The notes below the pieces were generated by a model. It was not told where the DNA came from and did no database searches. It was given only the letters and a program-made list of their open reading frames with translations. A DNA stretch of 44,290 nucleotides, counting the filler, from Jimgerdemannia flammicorona (lineage: Eukaryota), in assembly GCA_003990765.1 (NCBI GenBank). It is 2 parts of 2 records of this genome, joined end to end, with 100 filler letters (N's around TTAATTAATTAA, not from the genome) between each part and the next. Parts side by side here need not be neighbours in the genome. Positions count along the whole stretch, not along the records: positions 1 to 22,101 come from RBNJ01001336.1; 1 more part is not named here. One strand, written 5' to 3'. Positions 1 to 12,105 of the stretch are shown piece by piece. The translations under genes were made by a program, and so were the position numbers. Position 1 is the stretch's first letter; the number at the start of each line of letters is the position of its first letter.

Positions 1-66
1 TTTTATAGTCACTTGGACTCCACCTTTATTATCAGTCTATGAGTAAATATACATCATTCCAACCCA

Positions 67-3000
67 CTATCCAATCCCCACAGGGGGGCCCCTCTCTATA
101 CCCTCATGAATGAAAATCACCTTTTCACCAACTACCCTAACTCTCCCCCCACTTTGCCCACAGATTTTCTCCACCAAGCAGTGCCGCCGACCACCCCGCA
201 TCCCCCAACCCAGCCACCAGCCTGTTAAGGTGTCTTCCATAAGCCTATGCCATTGCAGCAGCTGGTCCCCTACACTCTGTCTTCTCCCATCCTCAAAAAC
301 AAAAAGCCAATGACTGGCCAGCCCCACCCAAATAGCTAAAGCCCAACCTAGTATAAGCCACTCCTTCTCTATCCCCCCTACCAATCTATCCCTCAGATCC
401 TCCCACCACTCCTGTACTTCATCACCTCTACCCCATACCCCTAAGCGATCCCCAATTGTCGGCCAAAAGTCTCCCAATACCTCACACTCTCCTAGCCAAT
501 GTTCTGGCATCTGTATGTAACCCCCCTCCTGCCCTACATTATAGCACTCCTCACAGTCGAAGCAACCCTCTACTACAAGGTGCCCTGAGCAAAAGTTGAG
601 CATAACATTCCTCCGCAGCATGCACCACCAGACCACCCAGTACTTTGGCAGCAGCCACACTCTTACTGCAGCACTCCAGGTCCAAACACCATGCCAGTTC
701 CACTCTTCGCCAATTCCAACTCCTTGCCAACCACTAGGCCACAGATCCTGGCCTAGTCCCCTTTGGCATTCCATTCCATCACCAATGTTGAACTCAACTA
801 AAGGAGTGCCACCCAGCAGTATACGGTCCCATCTCTACATTGCCAGGTCCCAATCCTCCTTGCCTTCATTCCCCTGCCAATGAATACCAATGCGGTGCAC
901 TCCTTCTGCAATTTCCCACCAAAATCCTTTATATCGTAGTTGGGCAGTGTTCTGAAGCCCAACCAGGGAGAGGAGATTGCCGGTTGAGCCCCTTGGCGAT
1001 GCCCACCTCTCCTATATCTTCTGTAACAGAGGAACCCATCCACCTCCTCTCAACTCCACTGCCCTCTTTAGCCACCATGCTCTCAAGCAGTGTAACTGTT
1101 TTAGGAAGTCAACCAGCCCAAGACCGCCTCTTGCCACTGATAGGGACAAGGTCTCCCAACCAATTTGACTCTGCCTGCCAGCCCAAATCCATCCCTTCGC
1201 TGACTTCATCAATCTCTTCACTACCCAGGCTGGGAAGTCCAGATGATATGCCAGGTACCACAACTTTGGCAGCCAGTGGACATTCAAAATTGAGACCTGC
1301 CCTGCCAGAGAAAAATGTCTTCCCCTCCAACTCCACAGAGCCTCCTCCCAGATTCCAATCCTCTGCTCCCACCAAAGCTTAGGCAGAACAGACCCATAGA
1401 CTGACAAGTAGATACCTAAGTACTGCACTGCTTCCCCAGTGAGGACAATTGTTCCTATAACTTCCCCTCCCATCAGGCCATTACCAAGCACCATTGTCTC
1501 ACACTTATGCCAGTTCAGCTTAGCTCCAGAATGTTCCTCATACCACTCTACAGTCCTCTTGAGCTCCTCAACATCAGCAATCAAACCCAAACCTACCACC
1601 ATGTCGTCAGCAAAAGCCCCAACCTTCCATCCAATGCCAAAGACAGAGAGCCCCACTATCCTTCACCTAATTCGGTCCAAAAGTAGTTCCAGGGAAAGAG
1701 CATACAAAATGGGGGACAATGGATCCCCCTGGGGCACCCCCCTATCCAAGGGGAATGCTACCCCTCAATGTCCATTATATGTGAGTGCAGCCCTACTCCC
1801 TTCCAGTAGGCTGACCATTATTGACCGGATTTGATGCGGTACCCCCATTCTATCCAAAACTTTCTCCAGCCAGACTCTACGCACCCAGTTGTATGCCTTC
1901 TCCTGGTCCAAGAAGACTAGATGCCCTTCCAGTCTACAGGCCCTTGCCTCTTCGATAATGCCATGCACCCAGGCAGTGCCATCCCTGATGAGCTGACCAC
2001 CCACAAAACCCCTCTGCTCAACACCCACGACTTGCTGGGCCACCTTCTGTAGTCGTGCCACCACCATCTTAGTTACCAACTTTCTGTCCATATCTAGCAG
2101 CATTATCGGCCGCCAGTTCTTCCAATCCTCCCACCTTCCTTTGTTTTTGTAAAGCAGTATCACCAGCCCAAGATCCTGCTCCCCCACCCACCTCCCTGTC
2201 TGTAGAATAAGGTCACACAGTGCTGTCATCTCTCCCATCACCCCCAGGACTCCAACCATTCGCTTCCAAAAGTCCCAGGGCAGACCATCCTCCCCAGGTG
2301 CCATACCGGACATTGTCATGACAAGAACCTGATGGATCTCATTCTCCTGTACAGGCATCACCAGGTCCTTTAGCCCTTCAACTTGTGGTGGGTGCCAATC
2401 CTCCAATGTCTGTTCAATTGTAGCAGCATCTACCCCACCCTCCTCCTCACTCCACAATCCACTCCATCTCTCCTTCAGCAATCCAAGAATGTCCTGTACA
2501 CCATGCACCAGTACACCATCAGAGTCCAATACTCCTTCCCACTGTTGCTGGACCTGCCTCACCCTAAGGGCCCTTGTAAGAAGCTTGGAAGGCCTCTCTC
2601 CTTCCTCCAGATCCTGCCAGCGAAGACGTGCTGCCAGGCTCTGTACCCTCACCTCTTCCTCCTTCCGCAGCACCTGTTGAAGTTCCCCAACCTCTATTTT
2701 CGCCCTCAATAATCTCCAATCTTCTTCTCCCTCTAACATCATCAGCCTTGCCCATTCCTCTAGGAGCCTTGTCAATCTGGCAGAGGCCCAATGCACTGGT
2801 TGTTTTCACTGCTTCCCTGCCTCCTTGCCAGCCTCCTTCCAGTAAATCCTGGCCATTTCCTTCAACCTCATCCACCTAGTCCCAACCGAGGCCCCTTCCT
2901 GCCTCCAATTCTCCACCCTCAGTTGAATGTCTATAGCCCACTCATCCTACTGGGTCCTGTCATCTAACAAAGAGGAATTGAGGCACCAATGTCCAGGCCC

Positions 3001-3723
3001 ATCCCCACTTCCCCCAAAGCACCCCTGTCCCAGAAGCCCCCAGTGATCTGACCATGGACACCATTCTACCTCCAATGACTTCCAAACATCTAGTCCCCAG
3101 CAGCAGGCCATCAAAATCCAGTCGATTCTAGTCCCCAGACCCCCTGCCCAGTGTGTATAGACCCTTCTACTCCCCCAGCACTCCCTTCCAGCATCCAATA
3201 GTGCACTTAGTCTTTCTACTTCCTCCCATGCCACCAGTCCTCCACTCCTGCTCTCAGCACCTCATCCTCCATCTGTTCTATCCAACAGTGTATCCCTAAC
3301 CATATTGAAATCTCCCCCAAGCACATCCACCTCAGCCTCCACAAGTAATCCACTCTCCTGTAAGCCTTTCACCCACTCTACTCTCTCACCCCATACCACA
3401 GGGCAGTAGCAGGAGCCAACCATAACTGGCCCCCAGCCTGCTCGAATCCACTCTCCCCAGACCAGTCTCTCTCTCCAGCACTATACATTCTGTATCTCCC
3501 CTCTGCCTTTCCTAACCAAAATCCCAACCTTGCCCTTCCAAATTGCCCCACCTCCCCATTCCTTCATCCATTCTAACCTTTCAGAGTCATCTTCGCACCA
3601 GATATCCTGCAATAGGAAGAGATCGGCCTCCAATCCCTTCATCCAAGTAAAAATGTTCCTACGTCGAGAAGTGCCCCATAACCCATTCACGTTCAAAGAG
3701 AAAATGTTGGTTGTACTGTTCAT
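67..3723 (-). pseudogene. LINE ORF2: APE endonuclease, reverse transcriptase, C-terminal Cys/His region; multiple in-frame stops
   Basis: APE motifs FSLNVNGL, GGDFN, RIDWIL, WSDH; RT motifs KNWRPI.LL, EQRGF, FLDQEKAY, QGDPLSP, AFADD, YLGI; C-terminal CEEC...H...C. Confidence 0.92.
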
Positions 3724-3756
3724 ATTGATGATATATGTGATGTCATCAATCAGCCT

Positions 3757-5780
3757 CTACTGCTCCATGCTCATCTCCTCCTGTGCCCTGTCCAAAATAT
3801 GTTCTGCAGCCACCTCCTCCTCTTCTGCCCTCTGAGCCTCCAATCCAGCCAGCAGTTTATTTATCTCTCTGTCGGCCTTCTCCTCAAACTCCTCTCGGTA
3901 TTTGATGCATGCCTCCTGCCAGAGCTGTAGTCCATGACGCTTGTTCCAGCAATATTCAGCTCTTTCTCTAGCAACAACTGCCATCTCCTCCTCCCTCTCC
4001 TTATCCACCTCATACCCTTCCTCCTCCAGGTATACCACAAGAATTTCTGCCTTCAACGCCTTCATTACGCCATCCCCCTGTAGTATCCCTGCCAAATGCT
4101 CATCACTCATCACTTGCAAGTCCACTTCCCCCAATTCTTCTGCCGCCAGATTATTCATCATCTGGCATATCCAAAGCAAATTCCCCACCTCTTTCCCCCC
4201 CAGAGTCACCAGCCTCCCTCCATCCAACATTGTGGTGTCAGCCCCAGCACTTGCAGACTCATCCTATACTTCCGGGACATCCACCAGTTCCTTCTCACCA
4301 GCTGCCACCACCTGTCCCCCATATGCCACCTCTGGAACTCCGAATTGCACCCTCTGGGCTCCTCATATTGGTACATCTTCCACCACCCTATTCCGGGCAG
4401 CTGGGCTATGCCTGATAAGAGGAGTAGGGGTAGGGGAGCCCACCCAGTCCTCCTCCCACACCTCCAGTGTACCATCTGCATACGGGTCCTTCCCAGCCTT
4501 TTTCTTGTCCTCCCCCGCCTCCTTCTTATCCTTCCCCTCTCCCTCGCTGGCCCAGACACTTGCTCCAGCTCCCCCTGTGCCCATCACCTTGCTCGCCTCT
4601 CCCAGTGGTCTGCTATCCAGCTTGGCCAGCAACTCCTTCTGTCTCTTATGCCCCTAAGCCCTTTCCCACTGCTCCTTGATCACTCGAATCCACTTTCCAT
4701 CCACCACCTCCAAGTGTGTCACCTCCACAAAAGCCTCCCAAGCCTTCACACGCCTCTCCACAGCACCACTCAGCTCTTTTAGTGCTTCCAATAAATCCTC
4801 CTCCTCCTCCTCACTTCCCTTCACCCTTGTTACCTTACACAGGATCGCTCCCCAGACTATTGCCGAAGGCCAATTCCTTGCCTTCCCAGTAGCTTCTCTC
4901 CCAGCCAGCCGAATCCTCACATCCACATCACCAGTCCTGAGTGAGGTCCCTTCCCAGACCCTGAACCTGATATCCACCACCTCCCCATATTCCACCATGA
5001 AATTCTCAACTCTCTTCCTTGTCTTCATTGCCATCACCATCAGTACTCCTTTCACCAGCAGTTGGACCACCCTGGGGTCCTACTTCAGACACCACACCAT
5101 TGGAATACACACCTCCCCAACTACCAATCCAATCTTCAGCACCTTCTCCAGTGGAGCCGCCTCCTCAAAACCCACCTCCACTCCTTCCAGTCCCTTCAAA
5201 AACTTCACAGATGCCACTCCTGCCACCTGCTTAGCAATGAGCCCCAGCACCATTTTTGCTGTCACCACCAGGCCCCAGAAGTACAGTGTGACTGCGAATG
5301 CCGAAATCGATTTCTTGATTAATAGGGCCACTGTCAGACCCATCACACCATCTGCCAAGTCCTCTTGTCTCCTAAGCCACAGCTACTCAGCCACGCTATC
5401 AGCCATCACATCTGGATTTTTTTCCAGATTGACAGTCCCACCACCATCAGCAGTCACACCCCCCCCAGCCACTACCCCCCAGCTCCACTGCCCACCCTTC
5501 CAAGGGCCACTCCCTCTGGCACTGTCGCCTTCTCGGTCTCCTTGCCCTTCCTCAGCCAGCCCTCCAGTCCTGATGCCTGCTGTCTTCTCTTCACCATCTC
5601 TGCGAAGCTTGCCCTCCCAGATCCTGATCCTCTACCCCCACCTCCACTCCTTCCACATCCACCTGCCAGCAGGCCCCTCATACCTCCCCCCAGACCTGGA
5701 CCCCTCCCCACCTGCTGCCAGTCGAAAGCGCTTGGGCCACCCTGCCCAGTATGCACCTCAGGTTGCCTGTTGGTTGCCAT
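3757..5780 (-). pseudogene. LINE ORF1 (RRM-like region, charged linker, C-terminal helical domain); stops present
   Basis: Co-framed fragments from MATNRQ (ATG 5780) to stop at 3757, directly upstream of ORF2. The segment YGEVVDIRFRVWEGTSLRTGDVDVRIRL...WPSAI resembles L1/Tx1 ORF1. Homologous to 7078-9071. Confidence 0.75.
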
Positions 5781-5887
5781 GTTGTTAGTCTCTTTTCCCT
5801 GAAAACAATGTCGAAAGTGCCTCCCAAAGGTTGTGTAACCCGAATGGTACTGAAAAGAGATGTCACGCCTCCCACCTTTGCTATACA

Positions 5888-8800
5888 CTTCTCACCTGAA
5901 GAGCCCTTGTAAGAAACTTCAAGAGCCACTCTCCTTCCTCCAGCCCCTATCAATGAAGCTGTGCTGTCAGACCCTGGACCCTTGCCTCCTCCTCATTCTG
6001 CAGCACCTGTTGTAGTTCAGCCACCTCCATTTATAGTCTTATCAATCACCAGTCCTCCTCCCCCTCCAATGTCACCAGTCTTGCCCAGTCCTCCAAGAGT
6101 CTAGATAATCTATGCAATGCTCACCACACCTGCTGTCTCCTCTGTCTCTCTGCCTCCATACCAGCCTCACTCCAGAAGGCCCTGGCCATCTCCTTCATCC
6201 TCATCTACTAAATATCAACTGTTACACCTCCCTGCCTCCAACACTCCACCTGCATTTGAATGACTTCAGCCCATTTACCCCACAGGATCTTATCATCTAG
6301 TAGGGAGGAATTGAGATGCCAATGTCCAGGCCCATCTCCACTCCCCCCAAAATGTCCCTGCCTCAAAAGCCCCCAATGATCTGACCAAGGACACCATTCC
6401 ATCTCCAGTGACTTCCAAACATCCAGGCCCCAGCAGCTGGCTGTCAGAATCCAATCAATTCTTGTCCCCTGGCCCCCAGCCCAGTGTGTATACACCCTCC
6501 TATTCCCCCAACATTCTCTACCCACATCCACCAGAGCACCCACTTCCTCCCACGCTGCCAGTCCTCCACTCTGCCCCACAGCACCTTGTCTCCCATCAGT
6601 TCTATCCCTCAATATGTCTCAGACCATATTGAAGTCCCCACTGAGCACATCTACCCCAACCTCTGCAAGAATCCCACTCTCCTATAGGCCTGTCACCCAA
6701 TTCACCTGCTTGCCCTATACTGCAGAGCAGTAACAGGAGCCCACCATGACTGGCTCCCAATCTGCATGTATCCACTCTCCCCAGACCAATCTATCCCCCC
6801 AGCTCTGCACATCCCATATCTCCCCTCTACTCTTCTGCACCAGAATTCCAACCTTGTCCTTCCAAACTGCCTCACCTCCCCACTTCTTCATCCATCTCAG
6901 TCTATCCAAGTCATCCTCACATCTGACATCCTATAAGAGGAAGAGATCAGTCTCCAATTTCTTCAGCCAAGTAAAAATATTCTTTCATCAATAAGTGCCC
7001 CATAACCTATTCATGTTTAAAGAAAAAATGTTGGTTGTACTATTCATAAGAAAATTATATAGTTTCAGATGCAACCTCTACTGCTCTATGTCCACTTCCT
7101 CCTGTACCCTATCCAGATTGCACTCAGCAATAGCTTCTGCTTCCTCGGTCCTCTTAGCCTCCAATTCAGCCAGGATTTCTGCCATCTCCCCATCCTCCTT
7201 TTCCTCAAACTCCTCATAGTACTCCAAACAAGCCTCCTGCCAGAGCTGCAGTCCATGCCTCTTAGTCCAACAGTGGGCAGTCCACTCACCTGCCACAACT
7301 GCCAGAGCAGCTTCCCTCTCCTTATCTACCTTATACCTCTCCTCCTCCAAGTATACTGCCAGAATTTCTGTCTTCAATGCTGCCACCACTCCATCTCCTT
7401 GCAGGATCCTGGCCCAATGCTCATTGCTCATCACTCAGAAGTTGACTTCTCTCAGCTCTTCTGCTGCCAAGTTGTTCATCATCTGGCATATCCAGAGCAA
7501 GTTTCCCACCTCCTTCCCTCCTGGGGTCACTGGCCTCCCTCCATCCAACATCGTAGTATCTGCCCCTACACTCACTGACTCATTCCATCTCTCCTCTGAG
7601 ACATCCACCAATTCCTCTTCCCCAGTTGCCTCTACCAATCCCCCCTTCTCTATATTTGGGACTCCAAAGTATATTAGCTGAGTACCACACATTGGCACAT
7701 CCTCCATCACTCTACCTTTTACTGCTGGACCCCTTCTAATAAGGGGAGAGGGAGAAGGTGAACCCTCCCAGGTTTCCTCCCAAACCTCCAGTGTGCCATC
7801 TTCATATGGATTCTTACTCGGCACCTTCATGGCCTCCACCTGCCCCCTCTCCTCATTCTGTCCACTACTGGTAGCCCAGACACTCGCCTCAGCACCTTTA
7901 GCGGTTGCACTATCGCTTGCCTTCCTTGTTACCTCTACCCCCATTTTCACCAATAATTTCCTCTTCCTTCTGCGCCCTTGGGACCTCTCCCATACCTCCT
8001 TGTTGATGTGGACTCACTTTCCTCCAACCACCTCAAGATGTGTCGCCACCTCAAATGCCTTCCATGCTTTCGCCCTCCTCTCAACTGCCCCACTCAACTC
8101 CTTCAGTGCTTTCAGCAAATCCTCCTCCTCCTCCTCACTCCCCTTTACTCTTGTCACCTTACACAAGATAGCCCCCCACATTATCACTGAGGGCTAGTCC
8201 TGAGCCTTCCCAGTAGCCTCCTGCCCAGCTAGCTGAATCCTGACATCAACATCCTCTATCTGGAGGGAGATTCCTTCCCACACTCTGAACCCAATATTGA
8301 CTACCTCTCCATACTCCGCCATAATCTCCTTGACTTTCTTCCTCATCTCTATAGCAATTACAGTGGGAACTCCTTTTACCAGAAGCTGCACCACTCTCGG
8401 GTCCCACCACAGGCATCTCACCATTGGTACACACACCTCACCCACTCTCAACCCAGTCTTCAAAGCCTCCTCCAGTGGCCCAGCCTCCTCAAATCCTACC
8501 TCCACCCCTTCTAGGCCCTTCAGGAACTTAACTGATGCCACCCCACCCATCTGCTTTGCAATCAGCCTTAGAACTATTTTTGCTATCACCACCAAGCCCC
8601 AGAAACACATTATGACTACAAATTCTGAGATCGACTTCTTGAGTAACAGAGCCACTGCCAGTCTCGTTACACTATTCGCCAGGTCCTCGGGCCTTGTGCC
8701 CTTCCCACTGCTTGGCTCACCATCAGCAGTTCCATCTAGATTTTTTTCCAGATCACCTGTCACACCCCCATCAGCAGTCTCTGCCTCAGCCACTACCCCT

Positions 8801-9071
8801 CTAGCTCCACCCCTATGGCCCTTCAGAGAGGTACCCCCATGAGGTTGCTGCCTGGTAGCCCTCACCGGTACCTTCTCCCCTCTCAGCCAGCTCTCCAATC
8901 CAGCTCTCTGTTAACCCCCCTTCACCTTCTCCACAAAGCTCACTCTGCCAGACCCTTGACCTCCAGCTCCGCCCCCTCCTCCTCCACATCCTCCTGCCAG
9001 CAGGCCCCTCTTACTTCCCCCCAAGCCAGAACCTCTCTCCACTTACTGCCATTCAAATGCTCCAGGGCCAC
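5888..9071 (-). mobile_element. LINE copy 2 (same family): 5' part of ORF2 (ATG 7047) and most of ORF1 (stop 7078), interrupted by LINE copy 1 and by the Gypsy element
   Basis: Collinear with copy 1: 5891-6010 matches 2558-2680, and RIDWIL, WSDH and KEVGNLLWICQMMNNLAAEEL are shared. Confidence 0.9.
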
Positions 9072-11143
9072 TGTAAGCGCACAACCTCCAAGCCACCGAA
9101 ATTACATGTCACCCTCTGAACAAGCCACTGAAATTACATGCAACCTCTGAACAAATCTAGAAATCACCTGCTTGATCATGAAGCTGAGTCAAACCAAAGT
9201 CACAGCACACAAAGCTGAGTCAATACGAAGTCACGGAACACAAGATTTATACAAACGGAATCTTACCAATCAGAACCAAATGCATATATACCGAGCACCG
9301 AGATGTATCAAATCAGAGAACCAAAACAAACAACAACTACAACTTCCAAATACACAAATAATCACTGAGATCTACAACTGTATCCACACTGACATTTGGA
9401 ATGCCATTGTCAACCAAGCCACACTCCCTCTGCCCCTTATGAATATCCATAGCCTGGCACCCCTCTACTTCATGGAAGCCCGATGGAATGCCCTGAACAT
9501 GCTTAGCGAGACCTACCGAATCAGACAAATCTCAAGCTACTACCAGATTGGCTGCCTCCTGGAAGACATGGTCGAACACCACCATGATACAGACATTATC
9601 CAGATGTCTCAACACCAGAAGCTCATCGCCCGCAAACATTGAGAACTCTTCTATGAGTACAACACCTTTATTCCCCACCTCTGAGTCACTACCAGCAAAA
9701 TGGTTGCTACCCTGTCCTATGGCCAAATCGATGACATGATATAAGAACTCAACCACAAGTACCTCGAATACGTCCAGACTACAGACAGAACCTTCCTGCA
9801 CCCTGATGACCATATCCTGCAAATGCCTCAAGTCAGATAAGCCATGAAGGACATCTATGATATAATCCACTTCGATGAAGATGAAGCAGAAGACAATGAT
9901 CCCTCTGACGCCGACATGACCTCTAGCCAAGGATCTCTGCCAACCCTGATCACACCGCCAAACTTGCTGATGAACTTACAACAGTTTATAACCACATACA
10001 AGACTTATTGGAACAATGACCACTGGCACAAATACCAACCTGCATTCACTCCCGACTACTTCAACTACAATGAAGAGACCAGAGAACACAACCTGTATCT
10101 CCAGACAACCCTCGAGATTGAACCAACCACTCCACTACCTGAGTACAAGCGACATAAACCACAGCCGCCAGCTTACTACAATCCTGCAACTTATAGTGCT
10201 ATAACCTATAGAAGGTACACAGACAGTGAATCTGATGAAAGTGAAGACAATACACCCATCCTTCACCCACCAACACCTTATCCAGCCTATGAGACAGATG
10301 ATGCTATCTTGTGGGATGGAGACGAAGTTCCAATGTACTATTACCTCAGCGAACAAGGAGAAGTAATCCACGAACCATTATTTCTAGATGACTACTTCAT
10401 CAGAGATGATGCAATCAATGGTGATGTCATCGAAGACTACCCAGACAGCACCTAAACCCATAAATAGCCTAGCAGTCATAGTATAGTTAGATTAGCATTA
10501 TATGATGTAACTGTGAACTGACTCAGCAGTCAGATGATCTCTTGACATATCAGATCACACTTGTACTATATGACTGCATTCCGACTCAGCAAAGTACTTA
10601 GTGCTACATCCATATCTAGCATAGTCCAGATAGCCCCTCACTAGTATAAATACCCCCTCCCCCAGACCTCAGAATCTCAGACTTGAACAGACTCGAACAC
10701 ACAAGAACATTCCTGAATACTTCCCCACAATATCCCTTCATACAACTACTCCTAGTATAAGCAATATCATGAATAACAAATAAACCTATTCCATAACCCA
10801 CAAATCACTCTTAAGTAAATCTGCTCCCTGTTAGGTCCCACTCCTAACTCTGTCATGAAATTTCCTAATTGGGTATTGTCTGCAGTGATATGCCAATTCA
10901 ACTAAGCTGGTCTTAGTTTCTTGAACTTCCTGAAATACGGAAAAATCCTGAACACCTAGAACTAGTCCAGAAAAGGACTTTGGTTGAGACATCAATCTGA
11001 TCTTGAAATCAATAAGTGTAGAGGACGTACTCCATATGAAATTGATCTTGACCATAAGAAAACGGTCTTCCAGAACATTCAGAATATCCAGAGAACCTTT
11101 TCAGAACTACGTAATGGTCACCCTAAAAAGTAACCCTCTTACA
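9072..11143 (+). repeat. 5' LTR (2072 bp)
   Basis: Direct repeat of 17664-19735 (offset 8592). Termini TGTAAG/CTTACA, ~31-bp tandem repeats near the start, TATAAATA at 10645-10652, AATAAA at 10779-10784. Confidence 0.95.
9358..10455 (+). pseudogene. LTR-internal ORF (~365 codons, acidic, Tyr/His-rich, unknown function), 5' LTR copy
   Basis: Same frame and sequence as 17950-19047. Start decayed to ATA; stops at 9640, 9682 and 9838 are sense codons in the other LTR. Confidence 0.75.
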
Positions 11144-11146
11144 ACT

Positions 11147-11158
11147 TGGTAGCAGTGG
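11147..11158 (+). promoter_or_regulatory. Primer-binding site, probably for initiator tRNA-Met
   Basis: TGGTAGCAG begins after a 3-nt spacer following the 5' LTR and is complementary to the ...CTGCTACCA 3' end typical of eukaryotic tRNAi-Met. Confidence 0.75.
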
Positions 11159-12105
11159 TTTACAATCCAATTCTGCTTCAAGATGCTTCCTCACCCCGCT
11201 ACAAACCCTTCTGAGAATTCCTATAAGTTGGTATAAAGCCCAACCTCTGAACTGGAATTTATCCTGAACCATCTGACAATCTGGAGAGAATTGAACCTGA
11301 CATATAAGGACAATTTGACCTCCACACCTGCAACAAGTGGGATAAACTTCATTCAAAGAAAGAAGTACTCTGGTTAAACCAACAAATAGATGAAACCCTA
11401 TTCACTGAACTCCTTGCACTACACCCAGCAAGTCAAGATGAAGAAGGTCTTATTGAAGCCTTCTTTACTCTTCTCAACAAGAGTTTTGTCAGCTCCACAA
11501 ATCCGAGCGACCTAGGACAACCAGCAGCAGTCTTTCTAGCCTTAGTTCCTCACGAAGCCCAAGCCTCTATAGCCAAGTGGCTCAACTCTACTGACTTTCA
11601 CCATACCAGGACCAAGACCACCTTATACTACTAATTCCAGAACAGCAAGGCCTGCCATATCCTCAAAGAAGAAGCAAGAGAAATCCTTCATCAACTACCT
11701 GACCCCGAACCTGAAGCAGGCCCTGCTACAGCCCTACCTGAATCTGAAACCAATACCGAACCTGAACTTGACTTTGAATTAAGTCCATCTGAAATCAGAT
11801 ATACAACTGATTCTGTCTACTTCGATGCCAAGCAAACCCAATTACACGGAGACCAAACCGAAGAAGAGGAGGAGTATCTCACTGAATTCGATCCCGGATA
11901 CACCACTGAAGGAGATATACGTCCATCAGGACAGAATACACCTATACTGCAATAAACAGTTATCTATCAAGCCCTCACTCCAGATCCACAACTACTACTC
12001 CAGCAACTTACACAGACTCAAAGAACTCCATCACACTCTGCACCAGTACCTCAAGTAGTACCAGTAACACCACTACCAGTAGTCCAACTGCCTCCAGTAA
12101 ATAAT

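Larger units (their letters stand above)
1..5887 (-). mobile_element. L1/Tx1-type non-LTR retrotransposon (LINE), copy 1, near full-length, degenerate
   Basis: ORF1 then ORF2 (APE endonuclease + RT) on the minus strand. The minus-strand 3' end reads AATAAA...TATAAAA at the window start. Homology to copy-2 ORF2 begins at ~5888, which marks the 5' junction. Confidence 0.9.

Noticed and set aside
110..9150. Long plus-strand Ser/Pro/Thr-rich ORFs (e.g. 4676-5788, 3941-4657)
   Set aside because: Antisense shadows of the purine-rich LINE ORFs; low complexity with no motifs.
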